Source: Candidatus Kryptoniota bacterium (lineage in GTDB: Bacteria; Bacteroidota; Ignavibacteria; Kryptoniales; JAKASW01). Taken from it: a stretch of DNA of 64,000 nucleotides. The notes beneath the pieces were generated by a model, which saw nothing but the letters and a program-made list of their open reading frames with translations, made no database searches and was not told the DNA's origin. The DNA lies in the NCBI GenBank assembly GCA_046705025.1, contig JBJKQU010000061.1:20007-84006 (forward strand), written 5' to 3'. The stretch's first letter is position 1; every line of letters starts with the position of its first letter. This document shows, piece after piece, positions 19,432-29,323 of this stretch. The position numbers and the translations under genes are program-made.

Positions 19432-21243
19432 ATGAGTCTTTCTCCCCAGTTTATAAGAAATTTCTGCATTATCGCGCATATAGATCACGGAAAATCCACC
19501 CTTGCAGACCGGCTCCTTGAACGAACAGGCACGATAACCGAAAGGCAGATGGTCGATCAAATCCTTGACGACATGCCGCTCGAGCGTGAGCGCGGAATCA
19601 CTATCAAGAGCCACGCGATTCAGATGAGGTATAAGAGGCCGGAAGGCACGGAATACACGCTCAACCTCATAGATACCCCCGGCCACGTCGATTTTTCCTA
19701 CGAAGTATCGCGTTCTCTCGCAGCTTGCGAGGGAGCGGTTCTTGTCGTCGACGCATCGCAGGGTGTCGAAGCACAGACAATCAGCAACGTCTATATGGCC
19801 GTCGACGCGGGACTTGAGGTTATCCCTGTCATAAACAAGATAGATTTGCCGAGCGCTATGGTCGACGACGTCAAGAAGCAGCTCACAGACCTGATCGGAT
19901 GTAAGGAAGACGAGATTCTCCTGGCGAGCGCCAAAGCGAAGATAGGCATCGATGAAGTACTGGAAGCGATTGTCAAGCGCATACCGCCTCCGACAGGCAA
20001 CGCAGATGCGCCGACCCGCGCGCTGATATTCGACGCAAAGTACGACTCTTACAGGGGCGTGGTTACTTACATCAGAATTGTAGACGGCACTCTCAGGACT
20101 AACGACAGCGTGTTATTTCACAAGACGGGAAAAGTCTTCCAGGTGGAGGAGATTGGGATTCTCGATATAGACCGCGTTCCAAAGCAGGAGCTGGAGGCAG
20201 GCAATGTCGGGTACATGATTGCCGGTGTGAAGGAGCTGACTGAGACCCGGGTCGGTGACACAGTGATGAACGCGAGCAATCCGGCCGCTCAACCGCTTCC
20301 CGGTTATCGCGAAGTGAAGCCGATGGTCTTCAGCGGCCTATACCCTGCACAAAGCGAGCATTTCGAGGAGTTGAGAGACGCGCTGGCGAAGTTCAAACTG
20401 AACGACGCCGCCCTGCTGTATGAGCCGGAGACATCGACCGCTCTCGGCTTCGGTTTCAGGTGCGGATTCCTAGGGCTCCTTCACATGGAGATTGTCCAGG
20501 AAAGACTCGAGCGCGAGTTCAATCAGACAATCATTACGACCGTCCCTAACGTCGAGTATAAGGTGGTGAAAACCAACGGCGATATCCTATTGGTCGACAA
20601 CCCTTCGGAGATGCCCTCCCCTGCCGAGATAGATCATATCGAAGAGCCATACGTGACCGCTCAGATAATCTGCCCCTCGGAGTTCATAGGAAACGTCATG
20701 AAACTGTGCATGGATCGCCGCGGGGTCTACAGAAATACGACTTACATCGACACTAAGCGAGTCGACATAAGATTCGAGCTCCCTCTCGCTGAAATCGTAT
20801 TTGATTTCTTCGACAAGTTGAAATCCCTTACGCGCGGATATGCCTCGTTCGACTACGAATACCTCGACAATCGAGAATCCAATCTCGTCAAGCTCGATAT
20901 CCTGCTGAACGGCGAAGTCGTGGACGCATTGTCTTCGGTTGTCCATCGCGACAAGGCCTACGACTGGGGACGGCGGCTCAGCTCTAAGCTCCGGAAACTC
21001 ATTCCGAAGCAGCTCTTCGAGGTCGTTATTCAGGCTGCGATCAGCAGCAAGGTCATTGCACGAGAAAGTATTTCACCGATAAGAAAGAACGTTCTTGCCA
21101 AATGCTACGGCGGCGACATAACCAGAAAACGCAAGCTCCTTGAAAAGCAAAAGGAAGGCAAGAAACGAATGAAGCAAATCGGCAGAGTAGAAGTCCCGCA
21201 GGAGGCCTTCCTTGCTGTGCTTTCATTGAATGATGAAGAATAA
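19432..21243 (+). CDS. lepA: translation elongation factor 4 (LepA)
   Basis: 603-aa ORF with GTPase motifs [19 protein letters not shown] and NKID, plus the LepA C-terminal domain ([16 protein letters not shown]). Confidence 0.97.
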   Translation: MSLSPQFIRNFCIIAHIDHGKSTLADRLLERTGTITERQMVDQILDDMPLERERGITIKSHAIQMRYKRPEGTEYTLNLIDTPGHVDFSYEVSRSLAACEGAVLVVDASQGVEAQTISNVYMAVDAGLEVIPVINKIDLPSAMVDDVKKQLTDLIGCKEDEILLASAKAKIGIDEVLEAIVKRIPPPTGNADAPTRALIFDAKYDSYRGVVTYIRIVDGTLRTNDSVLFHKTGKVFQVEEIGILDIDRVPKQELEAGNVGYMIAGVKELTETRVGDTVMNASNPAAQPLPGYREVKPMVFSGLYPAQSEHFEELRDALAKFKLNDAALLYEPETSTALGFGFRCGFLGLLHMEIVQERLEREFNQTIITTVPNVEYKVVKTNGDILLVDNPSEMPSPAEIDHIEEPYVTAQIICPSEFIGNVMKLCMDRRGVYRNTTYIDTKRVDIRFELPLAEIVFDFFDKLKSLTRGYASFDYEYLDNRESNLVKLDILLNGEVVDALSSVVHRDKAYDWGRRLSSKLRKLIPKQLFEVVIQAAISSKVIARESISPIRKNVLAKCYGGDITRKRKLLEKQKEGKKRMKQIGRVEVPQEAFLAVLSLNDEE

Positions 21244-22189
21244 TCTCAAGGATCATGGAGAAGAGAAATTGAAGCATACTGCAAGAGCCCGCACGGTGGG
21301 ACAAACAGCACAAAAGAAGAAGAGCGGCAAATCTCAGAAAAAGAGATTCAGAGATTCGATTGAAGGTTTGATCTTCGCGATCATCGCGGCCCTGCTCCTG
21401 AAAACGTTTGTGGTCGAGGCTTTTAGAATACCGACTGGCTCGATGGAGAATACGCTTCTGGTCGGCGACTTCCTTCTTGTAAATAAATTTATTTACGGCT
21501 CGAAGAGTCCCCAATATCTACCGTTCACGGATATTCGCATCCCTTATTTTCAGCTGCCGCCGTTGAGGTATCCTCACCGCGGCGACGTCGTGGTCTTCAA
21601 CTGGCCGGGCGACAGGGACGAGGTCAGACCACCGGAGCCCGTCGACTACATCAAGAGATGTATCGGCACTCCAGGCGACACGATTCAGGTTGTCAACCGG
21701 GTGGTCTATGTCAACAGCAAGCTCCAACCATTTCCTCCGGGAGTGAAGTTTGACACTTACACAATTCTCCCGAAAGGGTACCCAAACCCTCAGATCTTCC
21801 CTGAAGGATCTGACTTCAACGAAGATAACTACGGTCCGATTATTGTCCCCAAAAAGAGTGAGGTGATCCACCTCAGCGCGAAGAACTACCTGAAATGGAA
21901 GATATTCATCGAGCGCGAGGGGCATTCGTGCGACCTGCGTGGTTCAACTGTCTATGTGGACAACAAACCCACAACCGAATACACAGTCGAGCACAATTAC
22001 TATTTCATGATGGGCGACAACCGTGAAAACAGCCTCGACAGCAGATTCTGGGGATTCGTGCCGTTCCAAAATATCGTCGGCGAAGCAATGATTGTTTATT
22101 GGTCGTGGAATCCCGATATTCCGCTTTACGACATATTCCAGAAGATCGGCACCATCCGATGGGGCAGAATAGGGATGATAATACATTGA
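21230..22189 (+). CDS. lepB: signal peptidase I (copy 1)
   Basis: 319-aa ORF with the catalytic Ser box ([13 protein letters not shown]), the Lys box ([11 protein letters not shown]) and [17 protein letters not shown]. Confidence 0.9.
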   Translation: MMKNNLKDHGEEKLKHTARARTVGQTAQKKKSGKSQKKRFRDSIEGLIFAIIAALLLKTFVVEAFRIPTGSMENTLLVGDFLLVNKFIYGSKSPQYLPFTDIRIPYFQLPPLRYPHRGDVVVFNWPGDRDEVRPPEPVDYIKRCIGTPGDTIQVVNRVVYVNSKLQPFPPGVKFDTYTILPKGYPNPQIFPEGSDFNEDNYGPIIVPKKSEVIHLSAKNYLKWKIFIEREGHSCDLRGSTVYVDNKPTTEYTVEHNYYFMMGDNRENSLDSRFWGFVPFQNIVGEAMIVYWSWNPDIPLYDIFQKIGTIRWGRIGMIIH

Positions 22190-22213
22190 CCGGAGGGCTT
22201 AAGCGATTGGACT

Positions 22214-23224
22214 GTGAACAAATGGGAGGAGAAAGAGATGGCTTCCCCAACAGGTAAGTCTATGAAGCGCAGCAAGCCCATCAGGACAACCCCCGCCGGA
22301 GACCGGCGCAGCGGAAATGCAGCTCGGCAAACCGGCAAGAAAGCTGCAAGCACAGCCGAAAGAGGAGGTGTGCTGCACAGGCTCACCTCTATGGGCGCGG
22401 GATTCATTGCACCTGTCACCTTTGCCCTGCTCCTGATTACCTTCGTCGTTCAGGGATACGGCGTCCCAACCGGCTCGATGGAGAATACAATAATGACAGG
22501 AGACTATCTCTTCGTCAACAAATTCATCTACGGAGCAAAGACACCGCAGAACATCCCGCTTACACATATCCATATTCCGTATTTTCGATTTCCGGGATTT
22601 GAGAGTCCGCACAGGGGTGATATCATAGTATTCGACTGGCCCGGAGAAAGGGACGAGGTTCACACGTCTGCCGACACGGATTACGTGAAGAGGTGCATCG
22701 GACTGCCGGGAGATACGATACTCATTGCAAACAGGGTCGTCTACGCTAACGGAAAGCCGATCCCTTTTCCACCGGGCGCGAAATTCGGCAACTTTACCCT
22801 TATTCCCAAAGGTTATCCTGACCCGAGCATCTTTCCCCAAGGGTCGGACTTCAACGCCGACAACTACGGACCGATAGTCGTTCCCAAAAGAGGTGAAAAG
22901 ATCCATCTCGATGAAAGCGATTTTATGAATTGGAAGATTTTCATCGAGCGTGAAGGACACACATGTGACCTCCGCGGCTCAAAAGTCTTCGTCGACGGCA
23001 AGCCCACAACCGGGTACAGAGTTGAGGGTAACTACTACTTCATGATGGGAGATAACCGGGAAAACAGCCTTGACAGCCGGTACTGGGGATTTGTCCCGTT
23101 CAAGAACATAGTCGGCAAAGCGATGATAGTCTATTGGAATTGGAATCAGGCGATTCCCCTATATGACCTTCCGGACAAACTGGCGTCTATAAAATGGAAC
23201 AGGATCGGAATAATACCCGGATAA
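22214..23224 (+). CDS. lepB: signal peptidase I (copy 2, tandem paralog)
   Basis: 336-aa ORF with the same S26 boxes ([41 protein letters not shown]). By eye it is roughly two-thirds identical to copy 1. Confidence 0.9.
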   Translation: MNKWEEKEMASPTGKSMKRSKPIRTTPAGDRRSGNAARQTGKKAASTAERGGVLHRLTSMGAGFIAPVTFALLLITFVVQGYGVPTGSMENTIMTGDYLFVNKFIYGAKTPQNIPLTHIHIPYFRFPGFESPHRGDIIVFDWPGERDEVHTSADTDYVKRCIGLPGDTILIANRVVYANGKPIPFPPGAKFGNFTLIPKGYPDPSIFPQGSDFNADNYGPIVVPKRGEKIHLDESDFMNWKIFIEREGHTCDLRGSKVFVDGKPTTGYRVEGNYYFMMGDNRENSLDSRYWGFVPFKNIVGKAMIVYWNWNQAIPLYDLPDKLASIKWNRIGIIPG

Positions 23225-24384
23225 AGAGGGCGGTCGAAAAGGTACCGTCCAAGCTCGGGGTGTATATCCATATCCCCTTCTGCGAGAAGAAATGTTTCTA
23301 TTGTGATTTCTACTCTATCGAGAACCACTCACAGCGCGAAGAGTTTATCGCTTCTCTCGTCAAGGAAATAACGCTCTATTCTAATTCCAGCCCTAAGGCG
23401 GCCGTGGATACGATATTCTTCGGCGGGGGAACCCCTTCTCTTCTCGCGCCGACCGAGCTCGATACAATTCTGAACGCGGCGGCACGCCACTTTTCTATAT
23501 CGACCGATTGCGAGTTCACGATCGAGTGTAACCCTGGCGCGGTTAACACGAAATACCTGACGGACTACCGAAGTCTCGGAGCTAACAGGTTGAGCTTCGG
23601 CGTTCAGTCGTTCTTCGATGACGAGCTGAAGTTCCTCTCGCGGATCCACAATTCCCGGGAAGCAATCACTGCCGTTGATGAAGCCCGGCGTGCAGGTTTT
23701 GAGAACATCAATATAGATTTGATGTATGCTCTCCCGAATCAGACGGTGGATAGACTCCTCGCAAACCTTGAAAGGGGTCTTTCATTGGACACGACGCATC
23801 TCTCTGCTTATGCTTTGATTGTGGAACCCGGTACCCCTTTGTTCTCGGCGGTATCGCGAGGAGAGCTCAGGCCCGCCGAGGAAACAACCGAAGCTGCCAT
23901 GTACGAAACCGTAATGAATTTCATGAACGAGCGGGGATACGACCACTACGAAATATCAAATTACTGCAGGCCGGGTCGCCGGTGCAGGCACAATTTGAAG
24001 TATTGGAACGGAGATGAATATGTGGGCTTCGGACCGAGCGCTCATTCTTATGTGGACAACACAAGATGGTGGAACGTGTCCTCCCTGAACGGATATCTCG
24101 CATCACTCGCAAGCAATGAGCTCCCGGTATCGGCAAAGGAGACGCTCACGCCATCGCAGAATCAGGACGAGTTCATCTTCCTGAATCTCCGTCAGGGGAG
24201 GCTCGACCTAAACTCTTTGCACGATAGATTTGGAATTGCTCTGGACGCCGGCTTCATCTCAGATCTTCAGAAGACAGGATACTGCAGCCTTTCCGGAAAC
24301 GAACTCAGGCTCACTGCCAGGGGCTTCGTCGTTTGCGACGAACTTGCCAAGGAGATTATCTCCTCGCATTCACTTTCAGTCTAG
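23194..24384 (+). CDS. hemW: radical SAM heme chaperone HemW (HemN-like, oxygen-independent coproporphyrinogen oxidase family)
   Basis: 396-aa ORF with the CxxxCxxC cluster in YIHIPFCEKKCFYCDF, followed by GGGTPS and a HemN_C-like tail. Confidence 0.85.
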   Translation: MEQDRNNTRIKRAVEKVPSKLGVYIHIPFCEKKCFYCDFYSIENHSQREEFIASLVKEITLYSNSSPKAAVDTIFFGGGTPSLLAPTELDTILNAAARHFSISTDCEFTIECNPGAVNTKYLTDYRSLGANRLSFGVQSFFDDELKFLSRIHNSREAITAVDEARRAGFENINIDLMYALPNQTVDRLLANLERGLSLDTTHLSAYALIVEPGTPLFSAVSRGELRPAEETTEAAMYETVMNFMNERGYDHYEISNYCRPGRRCRHNLKYWNGDEYVGFGPSAHSYVDNTRWWNVSSLNGYLASLASNELPVSAKETLTPSQNQDEFIFLNLRQGRLDLNSLHDRFGIALDAGFISDLQKTGYCSLSGNELRLTARGFVVCDELAKEIISSHSLSV

Positions 24385-24747
24385 ACTTCCTTTTGGGACC
24401 AGGACCTGGGTTTGCGTGCCTCTGCAAATCTCGCCTCTGGAGTTCACGCCTTTTATGCTGCAAATGAATCTTTTCCCATCGATCTTCAAAAGGACTGCCG
24501 AAATGCTCACCTTTTCACCAATTCTTGTGGGAGCGATATGGCTTAGACATATTTCGACGCCCGCCGCGTCTTCTTCCTCTTCCAGGTAGGGCTCCACCAG
24601 TTTTCTGGCGGCAAGCTCCGCATAGTATACCAGGTGGAAGGTGGAAAGTACTTTATGAATAGTTTTACCCTCGAAGGCGGCCGTCATGCTTTTGTCTACC
24701 ACAAAAGACACGGTTGATTGCGCACCGGCCCTCAGCCCTACTTTCAA
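24376..24747 (-). CDS. hotdog-fold thioesterase (FlK-like family)
   Basis: 123-aa ORF whose pattern VLSTFHLVYYAELAARKLV...GVEICLSHIAPTRIGEKV resembles fluoroacetyl-CoA-thioesterase-like hotdog proteins. It overlaps the 3' end of hemW convergently by 9 nt. Confidence 0.55.
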   Translation of the reverse strand: MKVGLRAGAQSTVSFVVDKSMTAAFEGKTIHKVLSTFHLVYYAELAARKLVEPYLEEEEDAAGVEICLSHIAPTRIGEKVSISAVLLKIDGKRFICSIKGVNSRGEICRGTQTQVLVPKGSLD

Positions 24748-25175
24748 CTCCGCTTTTCCCTGTCCCTTTGACTCAGAAAGAAGTCTTTCACAATCGAGAA
24801 ATCGTCGAGGAGACCCAGCGCCCTCTCAAATGAATCTTGTGACCTGACGAGGAATTCTCTATTGAAAACCTCCTTCTCATTGCCGGGAAGGTCGTCGGAT
24901 GCTTCCGCCAGCATGCTCAGGAATCTCTGCAGGGCATCCTGGGCCTCGTGGGAGATCTTGGCTTTGGAAGTCTCATCGGATACGCCGTCCTCCAATAGTC
25001 TCTTCAACTTCTGAAAGCTTTTGGCGACGAAGGCAAGGTCGCTGAACAGGGAAAGCTTGCCGCTTCTGCTGCAATGTTCATACAGCATTCCGAGAAATTT
25101 CCCGTAGCTGAGTTCTCTACCGACTGTCGTGGCAACTAAATCCACGAAAGCCTTACCGTCCGGCTGCAGGCTCAA
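24744..25175 (-). CDS. hypothetical helical protein
   Basis: 143-aa ORF that overlaps the pncB stop by 23 nt and the thioesterase start by 4 nt. I recognise no family. Confidence 0.5.
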   Translation of the reverse strand: MSLQPDGKAFVDLVATTVGRELSYGKFLGMLYEHCSRSGKLSLFSDLAFVAKSFQKLKRLLEDGVSDETSKAKISHEAQDALQRFLSMLAEASDDLPGNEKEVFNREFLVRSQDSFERALGLLDDFSIVKDFFLSQRDREKRS

Positions 25176-26328
25176 TCTCCAAATGAAGGTTTTTTATTTG
25201 TTTCAGGACATAGTTTCTAAGCTCGGAATCTTCCGGCTGTGTTATCAGCAGCCTTCCGTTGCTGAGTATGGGTCTGAGAAGCGGGGCAAACGATCTTTCG
25301 ACCTTCTGTGAAGCGAGTAGGACTTTGCGCCTGCCGGATCTTTTGTTAAGATACACCTGTTTTTCGCCTGAAAATTTTCCGCGCTTGGATACCGATTTCC
25401 CGTCTACCTCGATAATGTCCATTGCAAAATCGAGGACCGGTGCACTGCTTATGGATGTTCCGACTCCGTAAGCATCCACGACCTCATTCAGCTTTTGTAT
25501 CGAAAACTCGTCCACTCCCCCGCTCACAAATATCTGCACGTTTTTGAAACCGCGGATATCGAGCTCCCATCTGACCTCCCTGCATATTGCAGCAAAGTCG
25601 CCGCGTCTCGAGCCGGGCGTATCGAGCCTGACGGCATATAGTCTCTTTCCTAGCGCCTCGGCGACCCGGATTGATTCGAATTTTTCGTCATGAAAGGTGT
25701 CTATCAGCACTGTTCGCTGGATGAAGGGCTCCACAACTTCGTCAAACGCCTTAGCCGCCACGACTGTGTCCTCGAAGAGTAAAATCATAGAATGCGGCAT
25801 CGTACCGCTCGGTTTTATGCCTATGTCGTCCGCCCCGAGGAGAGTGGCAACGCCGTCGCATCCGCCGACATATGCGTTCCTATCGATCATGGGTGTTATC
25901 GCCGGATGCATTCGGCGGGCACCGAAGTGTACGACGGGCCGGGTCCCGGCGGCGACTCTGACGCGAGCTGCCTTCGTAGCGATACCGGATGCCTGACACA
26001 GAAAGCCGAGCAAAGCCGTTTCGTGTACGGCAAAATCCTGATAGAGTCCCTCGACCACAAGGACCGGTTCGTCAGGGTAGAATACGGTTCCCTCCGGCAT
26101 CGCCTTGGCTTTCACAGGCAAATTGCTGAGCAGAGCGACAGCTTCGTCCAGGCCTGCAAGGACCGCCCACGGATAATTGCGAGGGAAACGTTTAACTACA
26201 AATTCAGCCTTAACGGTCTTGTGAATGTCTTTCGCGTTCAGAACTCGAAGTGCGCGGGCGAAATATACGTCCGTCACTTTTCCTTCTAGGATTTCTTTAG
26301 CAGTGGCAATATGAAAAGGCTTATCCAT
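25153..26328 (-). CDS. pncB: nicotinate phosphoribosyltransferase
   Basis: 391-aa ORF. The motifs TMPHSMIL, VLIDTFHDE, AVRLDTPGSRRG and GVGTSI fit archaeal/Thermus-type NAPRTase. Confidence 0.8.
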   Translation of the reverse strand: MDKPFHIATAKEILEGKVTDVYFARALRVLNAKDIHKTVKAEFVVKRFPRNYPWAVLAGLDEAVALLSNLPVKAKAMPEGTVFYPDEPVLVVEGLYQDFAVHETALLGFLCQASGIATKAARVRVAAGTRPVVHFGARRMHPAITPMIDRNAYVGGCDGVATLLGADDIGIKPSGTMPHSMILLFEDTVVAAKAFDEVVEPFIQRTVLIDTFHDEKFESIRVAEALGKRLYAVRLDTPGSRRGDFAAICREVRWELDIRGFKNVQIFVSGGVDEFSIQKLNEVVDAYGVGTSISSAPVLDFAMDIIEVDGKSVSKRGKFSGEKQVYLNKRSGRRKVLLASQKVERSFAPLLRPILSNGRLLITQPEDSELRNYVLKQIKNLHLEIEPAAGR

Positions 26329-26337
26329 AAACTCCGA

Positions 26338-26820
26338 TTAGTTTTCGTGATCCAAATAGAAGATTTCTGAGTCGGCATCATAACCGAATAGTTCGGCATA
26401 TCTTCCCCAATCTACAAGGGTATCGAATAATCCTTCGGGTTCTTCGTTCGGGAAATGGATTGCGAGTATATCGAGAATCACCTCACGCTCTATTCGCTGA
26501 CCTTCCACGTGTTTCAATGCATCAAGTATGAAGTGAGTCGTGCCGAGTTTCTTCAGCTGATTTTTGAAAAATTTCTTTCTGGCTCTGATTTTTCCTTTCA
26601 ACATGGCGGTTCCGGCCTCGGTCATATTGATGTCGCCGCCGGGTGTCTCGACGAATCCGAGCATTTCCGCACCTTTTATTATTGAAAGGAACTCGCCGAA
26701 TTCGAGTCCGCTATCTCTTGCCAACTTGTAGATGTCGTCTTTTCCACCCTTGTCTTCCAGTATTTCAAGAAGTCCGACAATTTTACTGACTCCCGCTCTA
26801 GGCAGGGGTTCAACGTCCAT
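26338..26820 (-). CDS. AAA-associated (ABC NitT/TauT ATPase C-terminal-like) domain protein, stand-alone
   Basis: 160-aa ORF immediately downstream of the ABC ATPase. The pattern GLLEIL...GGKDDIYKLA...LGFVE...G....T..G resembles the C-terminal AAA-associated domain that is often fused to this ATPase family. Confidence 0.55.
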   Translation of the reverse strand: MDVEPLPRAGVSKIVGLLEILEDKGGKDDIYKLARDSGLEFGEFLSIIKGAEMLGFVETPGGDINMTEAGTAMLKGKIRARKKFFKNQLKKLGTTHFILDALKHVEGQRIEREVILDILAIHFPNEEPEGLFDTLVDWGRYAELFGYDADSEIFYLDHEN

Positions 26821-26833
26821 ATACTCCTCTTTT

Positions 26834-27586
26834 TTAAGTTATCATTGCGAACAGATTATCGCAGTACTGATTGAACTGATCGTCCATCTTGTTGCGCGGA
26901 TAGGGCAGGTCAATCTTGATATCGCCGACTATTTTTCCCGGGTGAGCGGACATAACCAATACCCTGCTTGCCATGGCGACGGCTTCTTCGATCAAATGAG
27001 TTACCATGAGAACAGTGTCCACCGGGAAGGTCTCTTCGGACCAGAGCTTAATCACCTCCTCGCGAAGGTTTGCGGCAGTAAGAGCGTCCAGAGCGGAGAA
27101 TGGTTCATCCATGCTGAGTATTTTCGGCTCTATGGCAAGCGCACGCGCGAGCCCGACACGCTGCTTCATTCCCCCGGACAGCTCGCGTGGGTATGCCTCT
27201 TCAAAACCCGCAAGGCCTACCTGTTCAATGTAAAATTCCGCCTTCTTCTTCCTGTCCGCTGCGGAAGTTCTACGGGCCTCGAGACCTAACTCGACGTTCT
27301 CCTGCACCGTCAGCCACGGTAAGAGCGCAAACGACTGAAACACCATCGCCGATTCCAGATTAACTCCCTGGAGGAGTCTGCTCCTGTAGAACACTTGACC
27401 GCCGGAGGGAGGTATAAGGCCGCTCATTATTCTAAGCAAGGTACTCTTCCCGCTACCCGACGGGCCTACAATCGCGACAAACTCACCGTCCATTATCTCG
27501 ATATTGATGTCCTCAAGAACCAGCAATGAAGAATGCTCACGAGGAAACTCTTTCATCACGTGGTCTACTTTTATCAGCGGCGCCAA
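26834..27586 (-). CDS. ABC transporter ATP-binding protein (NitT/TauT family)
   Basis: 250-aa ORF with Walker A (GPSGSGKST), the signature (LSGGMKQRV), Walker B (ILSMDEPFSALD) and an H-loop. Confidence 0.9.
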   Translation of the reverse strand: MAPLIKVDHVMKEFPREHSSLLVLEDINIEIMDGEFVAIVGPSGSGKSTLLRIMSGLIPPSGGQVFYRSRLLQGVNLESAMVFQSFALLPWLTVQENVELGLEARRTSAADRKKKAEFYIEQVGLAGFEEAYPRELSGGMKQRVGLARALAIEPKILSMDEPFSALDALTAANLREEVIKLWSEETFPVDTVLMVTHLIEEAVAMASRVLVMSAHPGKIVGDIKIDLPYPRNKMDDQFNQYCDNLFAMIT

Positions 27587-29323
27587 CTAATACTCGATTT
27601 TGAACTTTTCTGCAGCGATTTTATACAGTTTACGCCAAAACAGGCGATTTATCAACACGATGAACACGACAAGGCTGACCACACAGAGCACCATCATCGA
27701 CTGACTGCCAAGCTGATAGGTCGCCTTGTCCAGCAAAGCTCCGATCCCAAGGACAGAATACACCGTCCCGCCGAAGACCACGTACTCCGAAACGATGAGT
27801 GCATTCCATCCCCCACCCCAGCCCGTTATGCTGCCGGTTATGAGTGACGGCATCATCGCCGGGAGTAAAATCTTGAACCAATATTGGTATCTCTTCATAC
27901 CGAAAGCAGTAGCTACCTCTTTCAGATCACCGGGAACATTGCGGACGCCCGCCACGAGGTTGAAAATGATGTACCACTGCATCCCTGTCAATATCAGAGC
28001 GATTGCCGCCAGATTCATTCCTCCAAACGACTTGATAAAAAAGAGGAGGACCACAGGGAAAATTGCGGTGGCCGGGATAGACGCCGCAATTTCAATTACG
28101 GGCATCAGTATGCGGGAGGCCCGTTCGTTTTCGCCGATCCAGACGGAAACGGGGATGGTCCATAAAAGCGAAATCACGAAAGCAACAAGGAGCCTCAGGG
28201 TGGAGAAGAGAATCGCGAGAGGAATACTAATGGCGTCGCTCGGAAGAGGACTCCTAAACAGAGAATACATCCCTACCGAAAACTCAACCGCGAGGTAAAC
28301 AGCGACCGCGACCAGCACAATCTTGAAAGCCTTCCCGGCAAATCCTTTGACACGCACAAGAGCCTCGCGATTGTACCAACCGCGAATTTTGAATGAGATC
28401 CGCCCGACGTTTCGCCGGACAATGCTCGAGTAGACATTACGCAGCCTGTCGGGGATTTCGAGGTGGAATAGTCTGCCTCCGGTATTTCTCCACGCTGAGA
28501 AGATCGCCGGCTGGTTTGCACTGACTGTGGAGACGACAAATTCGTATCTGAATTTCTCTGCCCAGATAGTCAGCGGGCGCCACACGACCAGATGAAGAGC
28601 TGTAATCAAACCCGTCAACGTTACCAGGCCGAGGACAAGATCGGAAACAGATCCCGCCTCTGCAGCGTGAAACAAGTAGCTGCCGATTCCTGCCAGTGAA
28701 TAGTTGGCCTGCCCGACGGCAATGATTTCGCAGGCGGTAAGTATATACCAGCCGCCGGCCCATGACATTATGCTGTTGTAGACAAGCTTTGGAATTGTGG
28801 ATGGAAAATAAAACTTACGGTACCTCAGCCATCCTTTAATATTGAGAGAGTCCAGTGCATCGATCGCTTCGCTCGGCAGAGTGACCATCGTCTCATAGAC
28901 GCCGAAGGCCATGTTCCACGCCTGACTGGTGAAGATCAGAAACACGCTGGCAAGCTCAACTCCAAAATGGCTTTGATGGAACAGGCTTACGAAGAAGTAA
29001 ATTGCCGCGGGAAAGAACCCGAGCACAGGTACGCTTTGCAGGATATCGAGAATGGGAATCAGAATTTTCTCGTATTTCTTGTTGGTGCCTGCAAAGTGCC
29101 CGAAAACGAGGGAAAAAGCCAGCGCCAGTACGTAAGCCGCCAGCATTCGGAGGAAAGAATAGAATGCAAGAAGAGGGAGATGGAAATAGGGGCCCTTCTC
29201 GACTTTCGCAACATGAATTCTTGGCCCGACCCCGAATTTCCACACAAGGATAAAAACGAGGATAAGAAAAATCGCGAGTACAAGGAAGTACTTTTGTTTT
29301 TCCTTCCCCTTCTCACTCACCAC
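27587..29323 (-). CDS. ABC transporter permease, duplicated (two fused BPD-type permease domains)
   Basis: 578-aa polytopic ORF adjacent with zero gap to the ATPase gene. It is twice the size of a usual NitT/TauT permease. Confidence 0.8.
   Translation of the reverse strand: MVSEKGKEKQKYFLVLAIFLILVFILVWKFGVGPRIHVAKVEKGPYFHLPLLAFYSFLRMLAAYVLALAFSLVFGHFAGTNKKYEKILIPILDILQSVPVLGFFPAAIYFFVSLFHQSHFGVELASVFLIFTSQAWNMAFGVYETMVTLPSEAIDALDSLNIKGWLRYRKFYFPSTIPKLVYNSIMSWAGGWYILTACEIIAVGQANYSLAGIGSYLFHAAEAGSVSDLVLGLVTLTGLITALHLVVWRPLTIWAEKFRYEFVVSTVSANQPAIFSAWRNTGGRLFHLEIPDRLRNVYSSIVRRNVGRISFKIRGWYNREALVRVKGFAGKAFKIVLVAVAVYLAVEFSVGMYSLFRSPLPSDAISIPLAILFSTLRLLVAFVISLLWTIPVSVWIGENERASRILMPVIEIAASIPATAIFPVVLLFFIKSFGGMNLAAIALILTGMQWYIIFNLVAGVRNVPGDLKEVATAFGMKRYQYWFKILLPAMMPSLITGSITGWGGGWNALIVSEYVVFGGTVYSVLGIGALLDKATYQLGSQSMMVLCVVSLVVFIVLINRLFWRKLYKIAAEKFKIEY

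Noticed and set aside
22199-22960. 253-aa minus-strand ORF (and 21518..21925)
   Set aside because: These are antisense to the two lepB genes. No independent evidence supports them.
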